A DNA stretch of 61,899 nt, filler included, from Choristocarpus tenellus KU-1152 (taxonomy: Eukaryota > Protista > Phaeophyceae): assembly GCA_964200185.2 (NCBI GenBank). It is 11 parts of 11 records of this genome, joined end to end, with 100 filler letters (N's around TTAATTAATTAA, not from the genome) between each part and the next. Parts side by side here need not be neighbours in the genome. Positions count along the whole stretch, not along the records: positions 1 to 15,066 come from CAXNAD020001069.1; 10 more parts are not named here. The stretch is one strand, 5' to 3'. The translations under genes and the position numbers were made by a program. The notes beneath the pieces were generated by a model, which saw only the letters and a list, made by a program, of their open reading frames with translations, had not been told where the DNA came from and ran no database searches. Each line of letters begins with the position of its first letter. Positions within the stretch are counted from its first letter, which is position 1. Below are positions 1-12,390 of the stretch, piece by piece.

Positions 1-108
1 ATCATCAATCTGGTATAAGATGTCAACATATTCATCACCGAGTGGATTTTTAACTCGATCTTCCTAGGTCGCCAAACCTCCCAAGCTCTTCAGCTCCATA
101 ATAAGAGC

Positions 109-204
109 CCTAACAAACACGATACCCAAAATTACATCATAACCGCAACATTGAATTTTGACCCCCAAACCGACACGGCTCTGCTCTCTAAGATACCTTG
201 ACTC
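109..204 (-). mobile_element. Partial copy of ~260-bp GAG...CTC MITE (one end only)
   Basis: Matches ~1740-1840 of the full copy and ends in TIR ...CTCTAAGATACCTTGACTC. Confidence 0.8.
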
Positions 205-429
205 TGTCCAAAAAATGAAATTCATTTTTTCGAGGAAGGTAAATTCAGTGAGATTGGTACACTGCTGGAAAGCAAGATTGATGGTATGAGGGTTCCGACA
301 ACAGCCTGGTATCGACTAGCATGAAACGTTCGCACCAACAGCTTAAATGTCAAGCCTGCAAATGATCCTGGCACTGACTGCACGTTTGGTGTGGGACCTA
401 AACATGGCAGATGCAATGAGGGCTTACCA

Positions 430-1990
430 ATGCAGATCTGAAGGAAGACCTGTATGTAGAGCTACCAGAGGGGGTGGTGGCTGAAGTTGATGGGGCGGTT
501 TTTGGGAAGCTTCAAAAATCATTGTATGGGATTGTCCAAGCATCAAGTAATTAGAATAAGGCTGATCTTTATTTGTTTAGGTGGGGTGTTGGATTGGGAA
601 CTGGTACTAATCATGCTCATTCATGTCGATGATATGCTGATGGCCACCAAGGGGTCTAAGTATGCCATGGATGTAGTTCAGGGATTAAGTAAGAAATTTC
701 CTTTGGAATACCATGGGGAGAAGGGACAGTTTATGGGATGTCGTATCGACAGGGATTGTGGACATGGGACAGTTTCCATAGACCAACAGGTATGTGTTGA
801 AAACCTGGCAGACAAATGTGAGATAAACGAGTGGCTGCGACCTTCCTGCTGCTGCTACTCTAAGGAGTCTGCTGAGGAGGGACCAATTGGAGAGGGTTAT
901 CGTGCAATGGTTGGGAGTTTAACGTGGGCATCAATCATGACCAGGCCAAATGTAGCATCAGTGGTAAGGAGCCTAGCGATGAAGTGTGTGAATCCCACAA
1001 TACAGATTGGAAAGGGGCAGAAAGAGTGATTGCTTATTGTTGAGGACAAGTAAGAGGGTCTTGACCTTTGGTGATTTCAGTTTTTATGGTGACGCACCAA
1101 GGGACCAACTCATTGGCTTTGCTGATGCAGACTACGCCAATTGTGATATTTCAAGATTTTCTGTGTCTCTGCTGGAGTGGTAATTGTTTGGGGGTGCATG
1201 TGTGAGCTGGTGGTCTCGAATGCAGAAGACTGCTACTTTATCTACCACTGAGGCTGAGTATGTGTCATTATGTGATTTAGTGAAGAAGGTAAAGTTTTTG
1301 CATAACAAGTTCAATTTTTCCTGGAGCCAAATATGTACAGATATTATGTACAATTGCTCGAAGACAATAGGGGAGCAATCAGGTTTGCAGAGAAGACAGC
1401 TTCTTAGAGGGTAGGACAAAAGAGTGAAAGTATCTTGGAGGGTACGAGTTTTGCCCTGTTTGTCCAGTTGGGGTTTTGGTTCCCATGGGTTCTTTTCTGG
1501 CATTTTCCTACTCCAAAATGTTTAGGAGTAGGTAAAGTGTATATGTTATGAAGAGTTGTGTCCAGAACAGGATATTGGAGTGAAAGTATCTTAGAGGGTA
1601 CGAGTTTTGCCATGTTTGTCCATTTGAGGCTTGCCTTCCCTCAGGTGGGTTTATGACATTTTCCCTCTCCAAAATATTTCGGAGCAGGTAAAATGTGTAC
1701 GCTATGAAAAGGTCTGTCTGTAACAAGGATATTGACACCTCCTAACAAACACGATAGCCAAAATAACATCAAAATCAATCGCAACATTTGATTTTGGCCC
1801 CCAAATAGACGCGGCTCTACCCTCTAAGATACTTTGGCTCAAAACTAATCGATATATTAGATATCATTATGTAAGGAACTTGGGTGAAAGCCGGGAAGAT
1901 AGAGATTGTATACGTAAACTCAGATGAACAACATGGAGATTTGTTTATGAAGACTTTGAGCAGAAACGTTTTTGAATTCCACTTCTAGAA
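430..1990 (+). pseudogene. Ty1/Copia retrotransposon pol remnant (RT + RNase H)
   Basis: Motifs ADLKEDLYVELPEG, KLQKSLYG, IHVDDML, YRAMVGSL, FADADYA, VSWWSRMQKTATLSTTEAEY, RTKLID.IRYHYVR (split by a MITE) and DEQHGDLF. Stops and frameshifts present. Polypurine tract GAGGAGGGGAGAG at 2086-2098 followed by TG (probable 3' LTR start). Confidence 0.92.
1422..1840 (-). mobile_element. Composite MITE (partial copy 1422-1577 + full copy 1578-1840)
   Basis: TIRs GAGTGAAAGTATCTT(A/G)GAGGGTA ... TACCCTCTAAGATACTTTGGCTC; AAAA flanks both sides; removal restores Copia RNase H RTKLID. Confidence 0.92.
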
Positions 1991-2697
1991 CTATCATGCA
2001 CTGTGACAAAGGGGTAGTGTGCAGATAGAGTCGAGTTGATGTTGGGATTTTATTTTGAATTGATTTACTTCTCACTGCATGGTCAGAGGAGGGGAGAGTG
2101 TCAAGATATTGCTTGTCCAATTGTGAGGATTAAGGTTCGAAGTCATATTGAATGTACGCACAAACGATGATGCGGGACATTCGGGATATTTCTATGGGGT
2201 ATATTTGATCAGAAGAAGTTTCGCGGAATATAAGGAGTGTTTTTGAAGTGTTCCAGAGAAATATCGGCTCATTTGGTATTGTGAATTATTCGCTCTAAGG
2301 TTTGGTGAACCCATCTGGTGATGGTGTCTCACTCTCTTGTCTACTCTGATGCAAGGTAATAAACAATAATTATTACAACTGTGTCGAATAACCTAGTGTT
2401 ATCGTTACGTTACCTGTGCTGATACAAGTATATAACATAGATTTCATGCACGTTTATCTTTAGTTCGGTACAATACAAAATAGTAACATGCATAGTAGTA
2501 TGATGGGTAAGTCTTTGGTCATACATCAGAGATAATTGATGGCTAAGACAAAGGTCCAGTGGATAATTAATATTCATGTATATTTTACCATGTAACTCAA
2601 CTACTAGCTTTCGGCGACGAGCCTTACATGCACCAAAGTCTCTCAACAAAAACTGGTTGTGTGGGACAACCGATCGTCAAGGACAGCTTAACAGGGC

Positions 2698-3095
2698 ATG
2701 CCCCGTGATTTTCTTTTCCCAATAGATGAGGGAGGGATGAAGACAAAGCTGTCAAGGACAGGGGTACAACAAGGAGATCCCTTTGGTCCCCTTCCATACT
2801 GCATGTTTACAGTCAAAGCTGCAGTAGTTCCAGTCTATATTTCGTGGGTTTCCTCCAGAAGCTTCGTGGTTACCACATCCATATCCACAATGGAGATAAC
2901 CTCCACTGTTATAGCTGTTTTTGAGTAACTGAAGACGGACCTGTATGGGATGGGCATAGCACTAAATATTGATGAGACCTTTGCCACACCACCAGCAGCC
3001 CATGCCCTTGGAGCTGGAACTCTTAACCACCGTGGGAATCAACCTGGCTACGGACCCAAATGGTTTTGTCATACTAGGGACTCCAGTAGGGAAAA
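2698..3095 (+). pseudogene. Non-LTR retrotransposon RT fragment (CRE-like)
   Basis: SRTGVQQGDPFGP, GIALN and, in another frame, GFVILGTPVG; frameshifted. Confidence 0.75.
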
Positions 3096-3946
3096 TTGTA
3101 TTAAACCAAGTCCGCATGGCTGGGCCGACTGAGAGCGTAGGGTCATGAATGCTGGTCACACACCTGAGTGAGACAAAAGACAGACAAGTTGCCTGGTTCC
3201 TCAACTCGTGGTCCCTTTCTTCCTGTTGAGTTATTTGGCGAGGGTTATTCCCCCACACCTGGCACGCTCCACAATGGAACAAGCCGAGAGAATCTGCTGT
3301 TGGCTCTGGAGAAGATAACGGACGTAGCAGACTCAGCCGGAGCCACAGATTTCTTTGATGGGGTATGTGAAGAAGGATCTCTTTACCTGGAGACACACAC
3401 CAAGTACAGACACAGATGCCCACAAGTTCAGCGGGCTTGGGTCTACATCACCAACACATGGTGCCTTTGTGGGGTCGCTAGTGGCCACTCTCCCCACTTT
3501 CCTAGCAATTCAACAAGGACCGCATGGAGAGGGTTTTACACGGGCCATTTGTATGAGCCCCACAGTCCAGGCCCTTGGATAATCGATACACCCCCTCTCC
3601 AGAATATGATAGGAATTACAGTATTATGTAGCTGAAAGCATTCAGGTTAATGGTTCATATATTAACAGGATATTTATAGAGAATCAATTCTGGGTTTTGA
3701 CGTCCACATGTTTGAGACGTTTTTGTACGTCTTCATGGACTTTTGTAGAAGGTTTGGAAGTGTTCAGTTTTAGCGATTCCATCTAGGAAGCAAGAGATGC
3801 TAAACCAAGTTCCACCACGTATAATAATGTTACTTTTCTCTCTTCAACCATTTCATCACGTTAAGCAAAGGGGAATCGAGTGAGTCTCCCATCTCTTTCT
3901 TTTCTCTTCTTTCATACTGACACAAACAGCAGTCTAAATCTATACA

Positions 3947-4400
3947 GGTTATATGGGCCCCAATTGTATGGAGAACGACATTGAAGAAGGTTTCCATCTG
4001 GACTGGAGCTAAAGGAAGATCAGTGGAGACCTCAACATGGAGATTATGCGTGATGGGATGCGCCGGTAGAAAGAGTCTGTACGACATTCTGCGGCGAAAG
4101 TACGTGGTCCCTAAACTCATGGAGACACTAAAGGAGCGATATCAAATAGCATCGCACGAAAACTATGAGAAGAACAACGCACTTCTTAGGTTTCTGCTGG
4201 TCCAGGCGACTAGAGGGTCTATGGTAGAAATCATGGAGCGATTTGAGAACGCCAAGAACCCAGACGGCAGAGGAGCATGGATGGAATTAGTCTATGGAGG
4301 TAGCGTGGAGGATGAGGTCCCCATGCAAATGATTACCTTAGAAGCACGCCTCCAGGACCTACTGTATGATACAGTACCACCTGTCAATACCGACTGTTGA
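3947..4400 (+). mobile_element. Copia 5' end: PBS + gag fragment
   Basis: ...ATACA followed by GGTTATATGGGCCC (Copia-type PBS); ORF with NPDGRGAWMEL gag-like motif. Confidence 0.65.
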
Positions 4401-4739
4401 CTGGTCCGTTGCGCACTGGTCGTTATTGTCAGAGTTAAACCATCTACGGAAACCCTTGTCCGCCAAGGTAACAAGCCTCTCCACAGAGCATGGACTTCTT
4501 TCGTTGAGTATCTCAAGAAAGAACACTGAATCCACATCACATGATTCTTGACAGAGCGATCAATGACCTCAGTTACAACAGAACAAATACATTGGTGCTT
4601 TGCAGCGCAATGACTTCCCTTCACAACACAGACTATGCATTCACTCATCGGTGCCTTGCAGCACTATGATTTCTCTTCACAACACATTAGACTACACATT
4701 TTACTCAGAAGTACGATCCATTCGATTCAGGTTTTAACT

Positions 4740-5250
4740 GGTTATGAGCCTCAACACTTGATCAACACATACTACAACACATTTGCCCAACCTTTGTTTT
4801 ACAATTCGCCCAACTTCACCACACTAGATAACCCCACTGTACCACCATGGAACACACGCTAACACTACCTATTTCCCCTGGCGATGACCCCCCTGGAACA
4901 CGTTCGAACTCTACTATATGAGCATCGGGAGATGTGTGACCTAGCATACTTCCCGTCCTTCCACCACTACCTCTCACCCACCACCACATACGAAGACACT
5001 AACGACCAGCTGTTTTTCAGTCTCTTTGCTACCTGCCGTGGATCTACGAAAGACCTTCACAGACTCCAGCAGCGGGAAGAACCTAACATCAAAGATAGTT
5101 TGTCAAGCATGGCATACCCTGAAGTCCAAGTACGGAGCTGCGATGGAACAATGGATAAGTGCAGCTCATCACTACTCCGAGCACTGTACAATGGAAACTG
5201 GCAAGGATCCCAATCAGTGGTTCAAGCAACTTTGCAAGACTAAAAGCTGA
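4740..5250 (+). mobile_element. Second Copia 5' end: PBS + gag fragment
   Basis: GGTTATGAGCC PBS-like motif; frameshifted NDQLFFSL ... AWHTLKSKY ... METGKDP gag-like motifs. Confidence 0.6.
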
Positions 5251-6369
5251 GTCGGGGACCTCCCAGCCTTACTCCTACGGCTCGAGCTCACCACTGCCGT
5301 CACTATCACTAACCTGGACTCCACCTGCGCCAATACCCCAACCGTCCTTCTGTCCCCACTTGACCACCATCCTATCCCCCCACCCCACCACCATTCCACG
5401 CCCCTGCCGCACTCCCTGACACCCGGTGTTCCTACCACATGACACCCTCATGCACTGATCAAGAATGCTGAGCACAGCATCGACACCTTCACCGCTTGTC
5501 CATCACTCATCCACCAACTCCACCCCCACCTACTTCCAATCACGATCAACCACACATCCCCAGAACAAGCCACACACACACAACTGACCTCACTTCAATC
5601 ATATCTGATCCCGACTGCACAGCCCCCCTGGTTAATCCCTCCCTTTATCCACACCACCCCCACCACCTCTTGTCTCACACCATTTGCCCTTGCCCATCCT
5701 ATCACTGCCCCCGGTGTAGGGAACCTCCATCTCACTGCACATTGGCAAGCCACACCTTCACTGGACTGTTGCAGAAAGACACATTACCACCTGCCCCCTT
5801 GTCTTTTACTATCCTGCTGGTACCTGGTTTTAGACGTTATTTGTACTCCGCCTGTGCTATGGCGACTACTGGCTGGACGACAGTGACTACTCACACCTAC
5901 ACCTACTGAATGACAATGGTCAGACACGCATTCCAGAGCTTGGACGCATTGTACTACTTGGATTTCTCCCCATGTCTCCCCAACCCGCCACCTTCTGTCC
6001 CTCAAACTCCCAGCAGTGACCTCCCTGCTTCACCTACCCACTCTTCCACCCCACACACCTACTTACCTGCCCCTCACCCCCCCCCCAGCTCTCCTCATCT
6101 GACACCACCGCCTTGCCCACCTCAATGACTGGAGCCTCCACCGTCTCCACACATCTCTATCCCAGAGTCATTACCCCTCATACCACTGACTACCTCGATC
6201 ATTGCCCTTCAGCACCCCCAACAATTTCCACCATACTCAGGCACCCCCTTCACACTGTCCACACCGCCTTTGCAAGCCCAGTCTCACCTATCTCAGTTTC
6301 GGGAGCTGCTACAGTCACCCCCACCTCCTGTTTCCACGACCACATCGACCACGCGTTCACAAATCCCTA

Positions 6370-6600
6370 CACCCCACAGCACCTGCTCAAGATCCCCCTC
6401 ACACACAGACAACAGCACCTGCTCAAGAATCCCCCCTCACACACACACCACAGCACTTGCTCAAGACCTGCCCCTCCCCACACCACTGAACCTGCTCAAG
6501 ACTTCCCCCCCCCAATACACCACAGATCCTGCGCAAGCCCCCTCCCCTCTCCACATCACAGAACCTGCACAAGAACCCACAACATCAACACCACTGACCC
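6370..6600. repeat. Degenerate ~37-bp C/A-rich minisatellite
   Basis: Repeated CACAGCACCTGCTCAAGA(A)TCCCCC core within a C-rich tract (5250-7000). Confidence 0.75.
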
Positions 6601-7108
6601 ATCAAACACCAAAAGACGAGACCTCAGCTCCACACTGCGCCCCACCAAATCTCACCCTCCTGACCCACTAGAAGACGTATTCAAGACCACCGCCCACCCC
6701 TACTTACTCTTAGCTCCCAACCCTTCCCACACATCATCCTAACACTCACTCCACTTACCCAGAGGCTATGTAGAGCCTACCCATCCACAGTCCCTTCATC
6801 CCACTGACCACCTCAGCCCCACCCAACCTTCTTCCTTCTACAACCAACCTCATCTTCCCATCATTTAACTCACACACTACTATAACATCTCCTCGCGCCT
6901 TCAACACCACTATTCCCTTCACTTACCACGCACACCACACACCCCATCTACATCCACTCCAGCTCAATTCCAGTGCACCACGTCACCTCTGTTGCTCCAA
7001 ACACCCTGGCTTCCTTGCTGGGCTATCCCATATAACTTACCCCACCAATGCAGAACTCAACATTCCCATGGTCATCACCAGGTCCACACGCCCAGCAAAT
7101 CTACCAAT

Positions 7109-7367
7109 GAGTCAAAGTACCTTAGAGGGTAGAGCCGCGTCCGTTTGGGGGCCAAAATCTAATGTTGCGATTTGGAGTTAATCTTGGCCATCATGTTTGT
7201 TAAGGAAGTTACAATATCCTTGTTCTGGACAACCCCTTTCACAACGTATACTTTTTTCCTACTCCGAAACATTTAGGAGCAGGAAAATGTCATAAAAAAC
7301 TCGTGGGAAGCCAAGCCCCAAACGGACAAAGAGGGCAAAACTCGTACCCTCTAAGATAATTTCACAC
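7109..7367 (+). mobile_element. MITE full copy
   Basis: GAGTCAAAGTACCTTAGAGGGTA ... TACCCTCTAAGATAATTTCACAC; no recognisable TSD. Confidence 0.9.
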
Positions 7368-7583
7368 ACTATCCCCCGACAAGCCCTCTGTGCCTAGAAC
7401 CACAACCCTCCATTACCCTCTCTGCCATCCGTGTTGCACCACAAAATGTTGCTAATCTGTCGAGCACACCATCGGGGAGACTGTGCTTACTTTTTTCGTG
7501 TACACCGAAGTCATGGACATCACTACTTACAACATTAGCACCTTACTTCGTTCGTGTGTACGCGCAGACGTCATGGACATCAT

Positions 7584-7836
7584 GAGGCAAAGTATCTTAG
7601 AGGGTAGGGCCTTTGGGGGCCAAAATCCAATGTTGCGATTTTGATGTAATTTTGGCTATTGTGTTAGTTAGGAAGTGTCAATATTCATGTTCCGGATACA
7701 TCTTTTCATAATGTATACATTTTACCTACTCCTAAACATTCTGGAGTAGGAAAATGCCAGAAAAAAAGCCATGGAAAGCCAAGCCCCAAATGGACAAATA
7801 GGGTAAAACTCGTACCATCTTAAGATACTTTCACTC
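7584..7836 (+). mobile_element. MITE full copy
   Basis: GAGGCAAAGTATCTTAGAGGGTA ... TACCATCTTAAGATACTTTCACTC; TCAT on both flanks. Confidence 0.92.
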
Positions 7837-7886
7837 TCATCACTACTTACAACTTCAGCACTTATTTCGTTCATTTACACATTTCA

Positions 7887-8109
7887 GGGTCAAATTCCAA
7901 TGTTGCGATTTTGATGTAATTTTGGCTGTTGTGTTTTGTTTGGAAGTATCAATATCCTTGTTTCAAGCACACCTTTTCATAAAAGGTGTACATTTTACTT
8001 ACTCCGAAAAATTTTGAAGTAGGAAAATGTCATAAAAAAACCCCATGGGAAGCCAAGTCTCAGATGGACAAACAGGGCAAAATTCGTACCCTCTAAGATA
8101 CTTTCACTC
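7887..8109 (+). mobile_element. MITE copy lacking left TIR
   Basis: Internal sequence matches other copies; ends TACCCTCTAAGATACTTTCACTC. Confidence 0.88.
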
Positions 8110-8295
8110 ACATGGATATCAATATCTATGACCTCACCGCTTGTTTCGTACGTGTACGCAGATGATATGGACATCACCACCTACCACTCTAACCCCTAGA
8201 ACCCAGTACATGACGCCCTACCCAGCACTTCAAAAACACACTTCCAAGATCTTCGATTTCTACTTCTTTCCCCATCACAAAATTGACTCTTAGTT

Positions 8296-8505
8296 GGGTC
8301 AAAGTATCTGGGGGGCGGGGTGTGTGGTTTGTGAGGGGGCGTCCCTTTCGGTCCAGATGAAGTGCTCAAGAATCATAGCAATTGCTGTCTTCAGTCGCGG
8401 ACGATTCACGACTGAAGACAGCAATTGCTATGGTTCTTGAGCACTTCATCCGGACCAAAAGGGACGCCCCCTCACAAACCGCCGCCCCCCTAGGTACTTT
8501 GACCC
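8296..8505. repeat. Foldback element, ~100-bp inverted arms with ~11-nt loop
   Basis: GGGTCAAAGTATCTGGGGGGCGG...TCTTCAGTCG / CGACTGAAGA...CCGCCCCCCTAGGTACTTTGACCC; termini resemble the MITE TIR. Confidence 0.9.
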
Positions 8506-8939
8506 AAGTCCCGTCCTCGTATGATGTATTTTGGACTAAAATACATTTAGGATCTACGCTTGTCGCTTGAGTGGGTGTAGATTATGTTATTATGGCTCAG
8601 GGGAGTTGCCGTTGGGTTCAATGCTTGGAGCCTGGGTGGTTGCCGCCGCTTGGTTTGGGTGTGGAAGGGAGGTCATCTGTTGTGGAAATCTCGACTTGTG
8701 CTGTAGATGGTGGTGTGGAGTACGAGATGCTTGTGCGTCAACGAATTTCTGGTAAGGTTTCTTTCAATTGCTCTGTGGTCCGATCATCAACGAAAAGAGA
8801 GGAGGAAAAAGGATTGGTGCATGGCAGTAAAATTATTAGAGAGGATGGTGGCAGAACGCTGTATGGAGATGAAATCTAGGTTGCCACCGGGCCAATAAGA
8901 ACATGCAGTATGAGGACACATAAACATAAACAACTCTTC

Positions 8940-9795
8940 GGTAGGATAATAAATTCAATGTACCAAATGCACAAGTCCGTTGATTTAGAGAACGTCCGAT
9001 CTCTCCATCACAACATGTCTGTCGAGGCATGTGTCGGATTGGCGAAGTAGAGGGTGACTCACGAATAGAAATTGGCTTATGTTGCTCCTTAAAGCCGTGT
9101 CTGTCGTCAGTATGGTGGCAGTGTAGGACTTGTCCAGAACCAGGCCCGTGCAGAGGAGCGTCTTGGCCAATACTGTAGTGTTGGACAAGAAGCTGCATAT
9201 TTCGCAAGTCGCCATTCTCCCATTTGACCTCGTAGCTGACTCGCTCCTCTCCAACTTTCACTGTGTAGTGGGGCTGGTAGTTGGTCACGGTCCATTGCAT
9301 CAGCTGATCGTCTCTCATCTGAAGTATAGTCCCCTGCCCTTGTCTCTGGCATTGAGTGTTTCACCCTCATCTATATCGGGAACATAACTCAGTGTCAGTT
9401 CAAGGGGTATATATTTCTATGTATTCTTGTCCATGTCCCTATGCTTCCGCCGGCAGTCAACAATGGACCGACTCCGTTGTCTGACACACAGGGCTGCAGC
9501 CTCGTCACTGTCCCTCTTGTTCTTCTCTTGAAGTTGGTTGACACCCTCGATCTCGTCCTCTGTCATGTACGACCCCAGTTGAGGGGGCAAAGATTTTTCG
9601 CCATCGTCCGGGAGGCAGGACACTGAGTAAATGTACGCCCCTGAACCATCTACGTGAAACATCGCTGACCTTCCCCTGTACGATGGCCCCCACACTCGCG
9701 CGTAGGATGAAGCTGGTTCCTCGACCGAACCTGGCATTAGATGTGTCCCCAAGTCTGATTTGCCTAGAGAAGCGAGCAGGTATCCCACCGAGAGA
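8940..9795 (-). pseudogene. Decayed ORF downstream of the transposase (C-terminal extension or cargo gene)
   Basis: ORFs 9788-9417 and 9318-8836 are co-oriented with the transposase; YEVKWENGDLRNMQL is weakly Tudor-like. Confidence 0.4.
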
Positions 9796-10031
9796 TCATC
9801 GATTGGATTCCGAGGTGAACCTCTGGTATTGACCAGGCAGGATCATGAATGTGTTGTCCAGGTGGTTGTGGTCGATGTCTGTGAAGTCTGGGATGATGAC
9901 AGCCTGAAGGGGCACGATGCGGGGACCCCGTTGTGCGTCCTGCATCACCACAAATATATTTGTTGCGGGGGCTGTGTTGGTGTGTAGGACTATTGGAATG
10001 TGTTTGCGCGTTATGGCCTGGTTTGGTTGTA

Positions 10032-10293
10032 GAGTGAAAGTATCTTAAGATGGTACGAGTTTTAACCTATATTTGTCCATTTGGGGCTTGGCTTCCCATG
10101 GCTTTTTTTATGACATTTTCCTACCCCAAAATGTTTAGGAGTAGGTAAAATGTGTACGTTATGAAAAGATGTGTCCGGAACATGAATATTGACACTTCCT
10201 AACAATCACGATAGCCAAAATTACATCAAAATCGCAACATTGGATTTTGGCCCCCAAATGGACGCAGCCCTACCCTCTAAGATACTTTGACTC
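10032..10293 (-). mobile_element. MITE full copy inside a transposase intron
   Basis: GAGTGAAAGTATCTTAAGATGGTA ... TACCCTCTAAGATACTTTGACTC; flanks TGTA/TCTA (3 of 4 match). Confidence 0.92.
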
Positions 10294-11349
10294 TCTATAG
10301 GAGTGTTGTTTGTTGATGTTTTGAGAAACGGATAGTTTTTGTATGATAAAGGATACACTTATGCAGTGGAATGAATGAATGGGGTGCACTTATTGTTCTA
10401 TGTAATTTGTGAAATATTATTATGTGAAAGGTGTCAGTGGCGGTTGCAGATTGGGAGAACAAAATGAGACTCCAATAACGTCAGGATTGGACGTTATTGG
10501 AGGAGGAATCAATGTTGGTTAGAGGGGATACAAGGGGATATGTGACACCTGTATATGGACTGGAATCATTCGTGTGGGGCAATTGTTTCCTTAGAAGCAA
10601 TAAGAAGCGTCACTCACCTTGTCCGTCCGTGAGATGTGAATAGTTGGCACTCCATCAACGAAGCTAGCACCCAGCACCTCGAAGTCTTCAGTCACAAAGA
10701 CGACCTCATCTCCAGCACTGAACATCCCTCCGTAGCTGGAGTGGTGTCTGGCGTTCCATTGAATCGTGTCCTGGCCGTGAATAGTGAACGGCAAGAACTC
10801 TATACCATTGTACTCCGATGGCTGCGTCCGCACAATGCATATGTTCCCCTCGGCGAGCTGTCTCTTCTTCCTCGAGAGCTGGCTACTCAGATACATATTA
10901 CCCGTTCCCGCTTCCATGGAAAATTCGAGGTCTATCTCCTTAAGTGGGGGCACGTGGGTTAGTTGCCACCTGCATTGGGTGAGGTTGCCGATGGAACAGT
11001 TCGTGCTGTAGCACGACAGTTCGGTGTATATCAATGTACGGGAGCCTCCGGTGGTGAGCCGATCAGTGAAGAACCTGTGCATGGACTTGATTCCACTAAG
11101 GTTCAGGACCCGTGGGTCGTGTCGCCCCACACGGTCGATCTTGTAAGACGGAAGGTGAACTATCTCCCATGTGCGGAACGTGTCATGTATAGAAGTTGTG
11201 TATACGTGTTACTGTGCTGTCTGCCGTCCCTGTCCGTTCGTTCAATCCTAAGGATTGTGGTGATTATGTGTATAAGAGGGCAGGTGGTACGTGTTGGAGT
11301 CAGTGTCGGCACTGAGGCATTGTCCTGTGACCGATTCGATGTGATGGTA

Positions 11350-12390
11350 TTTTGTTTGGAGTAATATGTGCTACCTATTGCTGTAACATGTGTATGGTAA
11401 TGACGGATGGTAGTGTGTGATGAAACCCCAAACTTGGAGTTTTGTGTTAGTTTGCCGATTCGTAGACTTCTGAAAAATAGAGGGCAATGGTTGCAAGTGT
11501 GCACGGACTTTGTGTGGTCGATTAAGAAGTGCGTATGTGTGATCATCATGCCATTCGTGGTGTTGGCATGAAGGGAAGGCACGGATGTGACATAATGGGT
11601 TGACGAAATCTATTACCTTCGTGGAATGTATGGGTTAGCAAGGGACAGGAGGGTGCAGAGTGTAGCGAGTTGTACACAGGGACAAATTATGGTGAGTGGG
11701 GAAAATTATACACATGGTACATGTGGTATCTATTACAGCAGCAAGCGATGGATATATGGCCGACGTTGTTACGTGAAAGGAAAACAATAACTTGGAGTTT
11801 TGTTTTAGTTTACCGATTGGCAGACTTATTGCAAATCGAGGGCGATGGTTGCACGTGTGCACGGACGGTGTGCGGTCGATTAATAAATGCATATGTGCGG
11901 TTATCATGTGATTCGTGGTGTCGACGTGAGGGAAGGCGCGGATGTGACATGAAGGGTCAACGATATCTATTGCGTGTTTAGTGTATGGGTTATCAAGGGG
12001 CGGGAGGGTGCAGACTGATGTGAGTGGCAAGGAGGGATCAGGTCCAGAGGGCGGTGAGAATCATGCACGTAGTATATGTGGTATATATTCCTGCAACAAG
12101 CGTTGGGTAAATGGTCGACGTTGACACCGGAAAGAACAGAAGAACTTGGAGTTTTGCGGGAGTTTACCGATTGGCAGACTTGTACAAAATAGGCGGCGAG
12201 AGTTGTGTCCATAGACTATCTGTGCAGTCATTTGATAAGTGCGTATGTACGATTCTCACGCTGCGCGTGGTGTCGACGTAAAGGGAGTCATGGATGTGAC
12301 ATAATATTCAACGATATATCTATTGCGTGTTTGGTGTATGGGTGGTCAAGGGGCGTATGGGTTAGGGTTGTTGCCAGTGGCAAATAGAGA
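11350..12390. repeat. Three diverged ~355-bp tandem units in a transposase intron
   Basis: AACTTGGAGTTTTG...GTTT(A/G)CCGATT recurs at 11431, 11789 and 12143. Confidence 0.85.

Noticed and set aside
5250-7000. Several long Pro/His/Thr-rich ORFs
   Set aside because: Result of C-rich low-complexity sequence with few stop codons; no domain signal.
7109-8109. Clustered repeats resembling a CRISPR-like array
   Set aside because: Units are ~260-bp TIR elements with TSDs and irregular spacing; no repeat-spacer periodicity or cas genes.
8140-8190. VYADDMDI resembling an RT catalytic motif
   Set aside because: Lies in a minisatellite unit with no flanking RT motifs.
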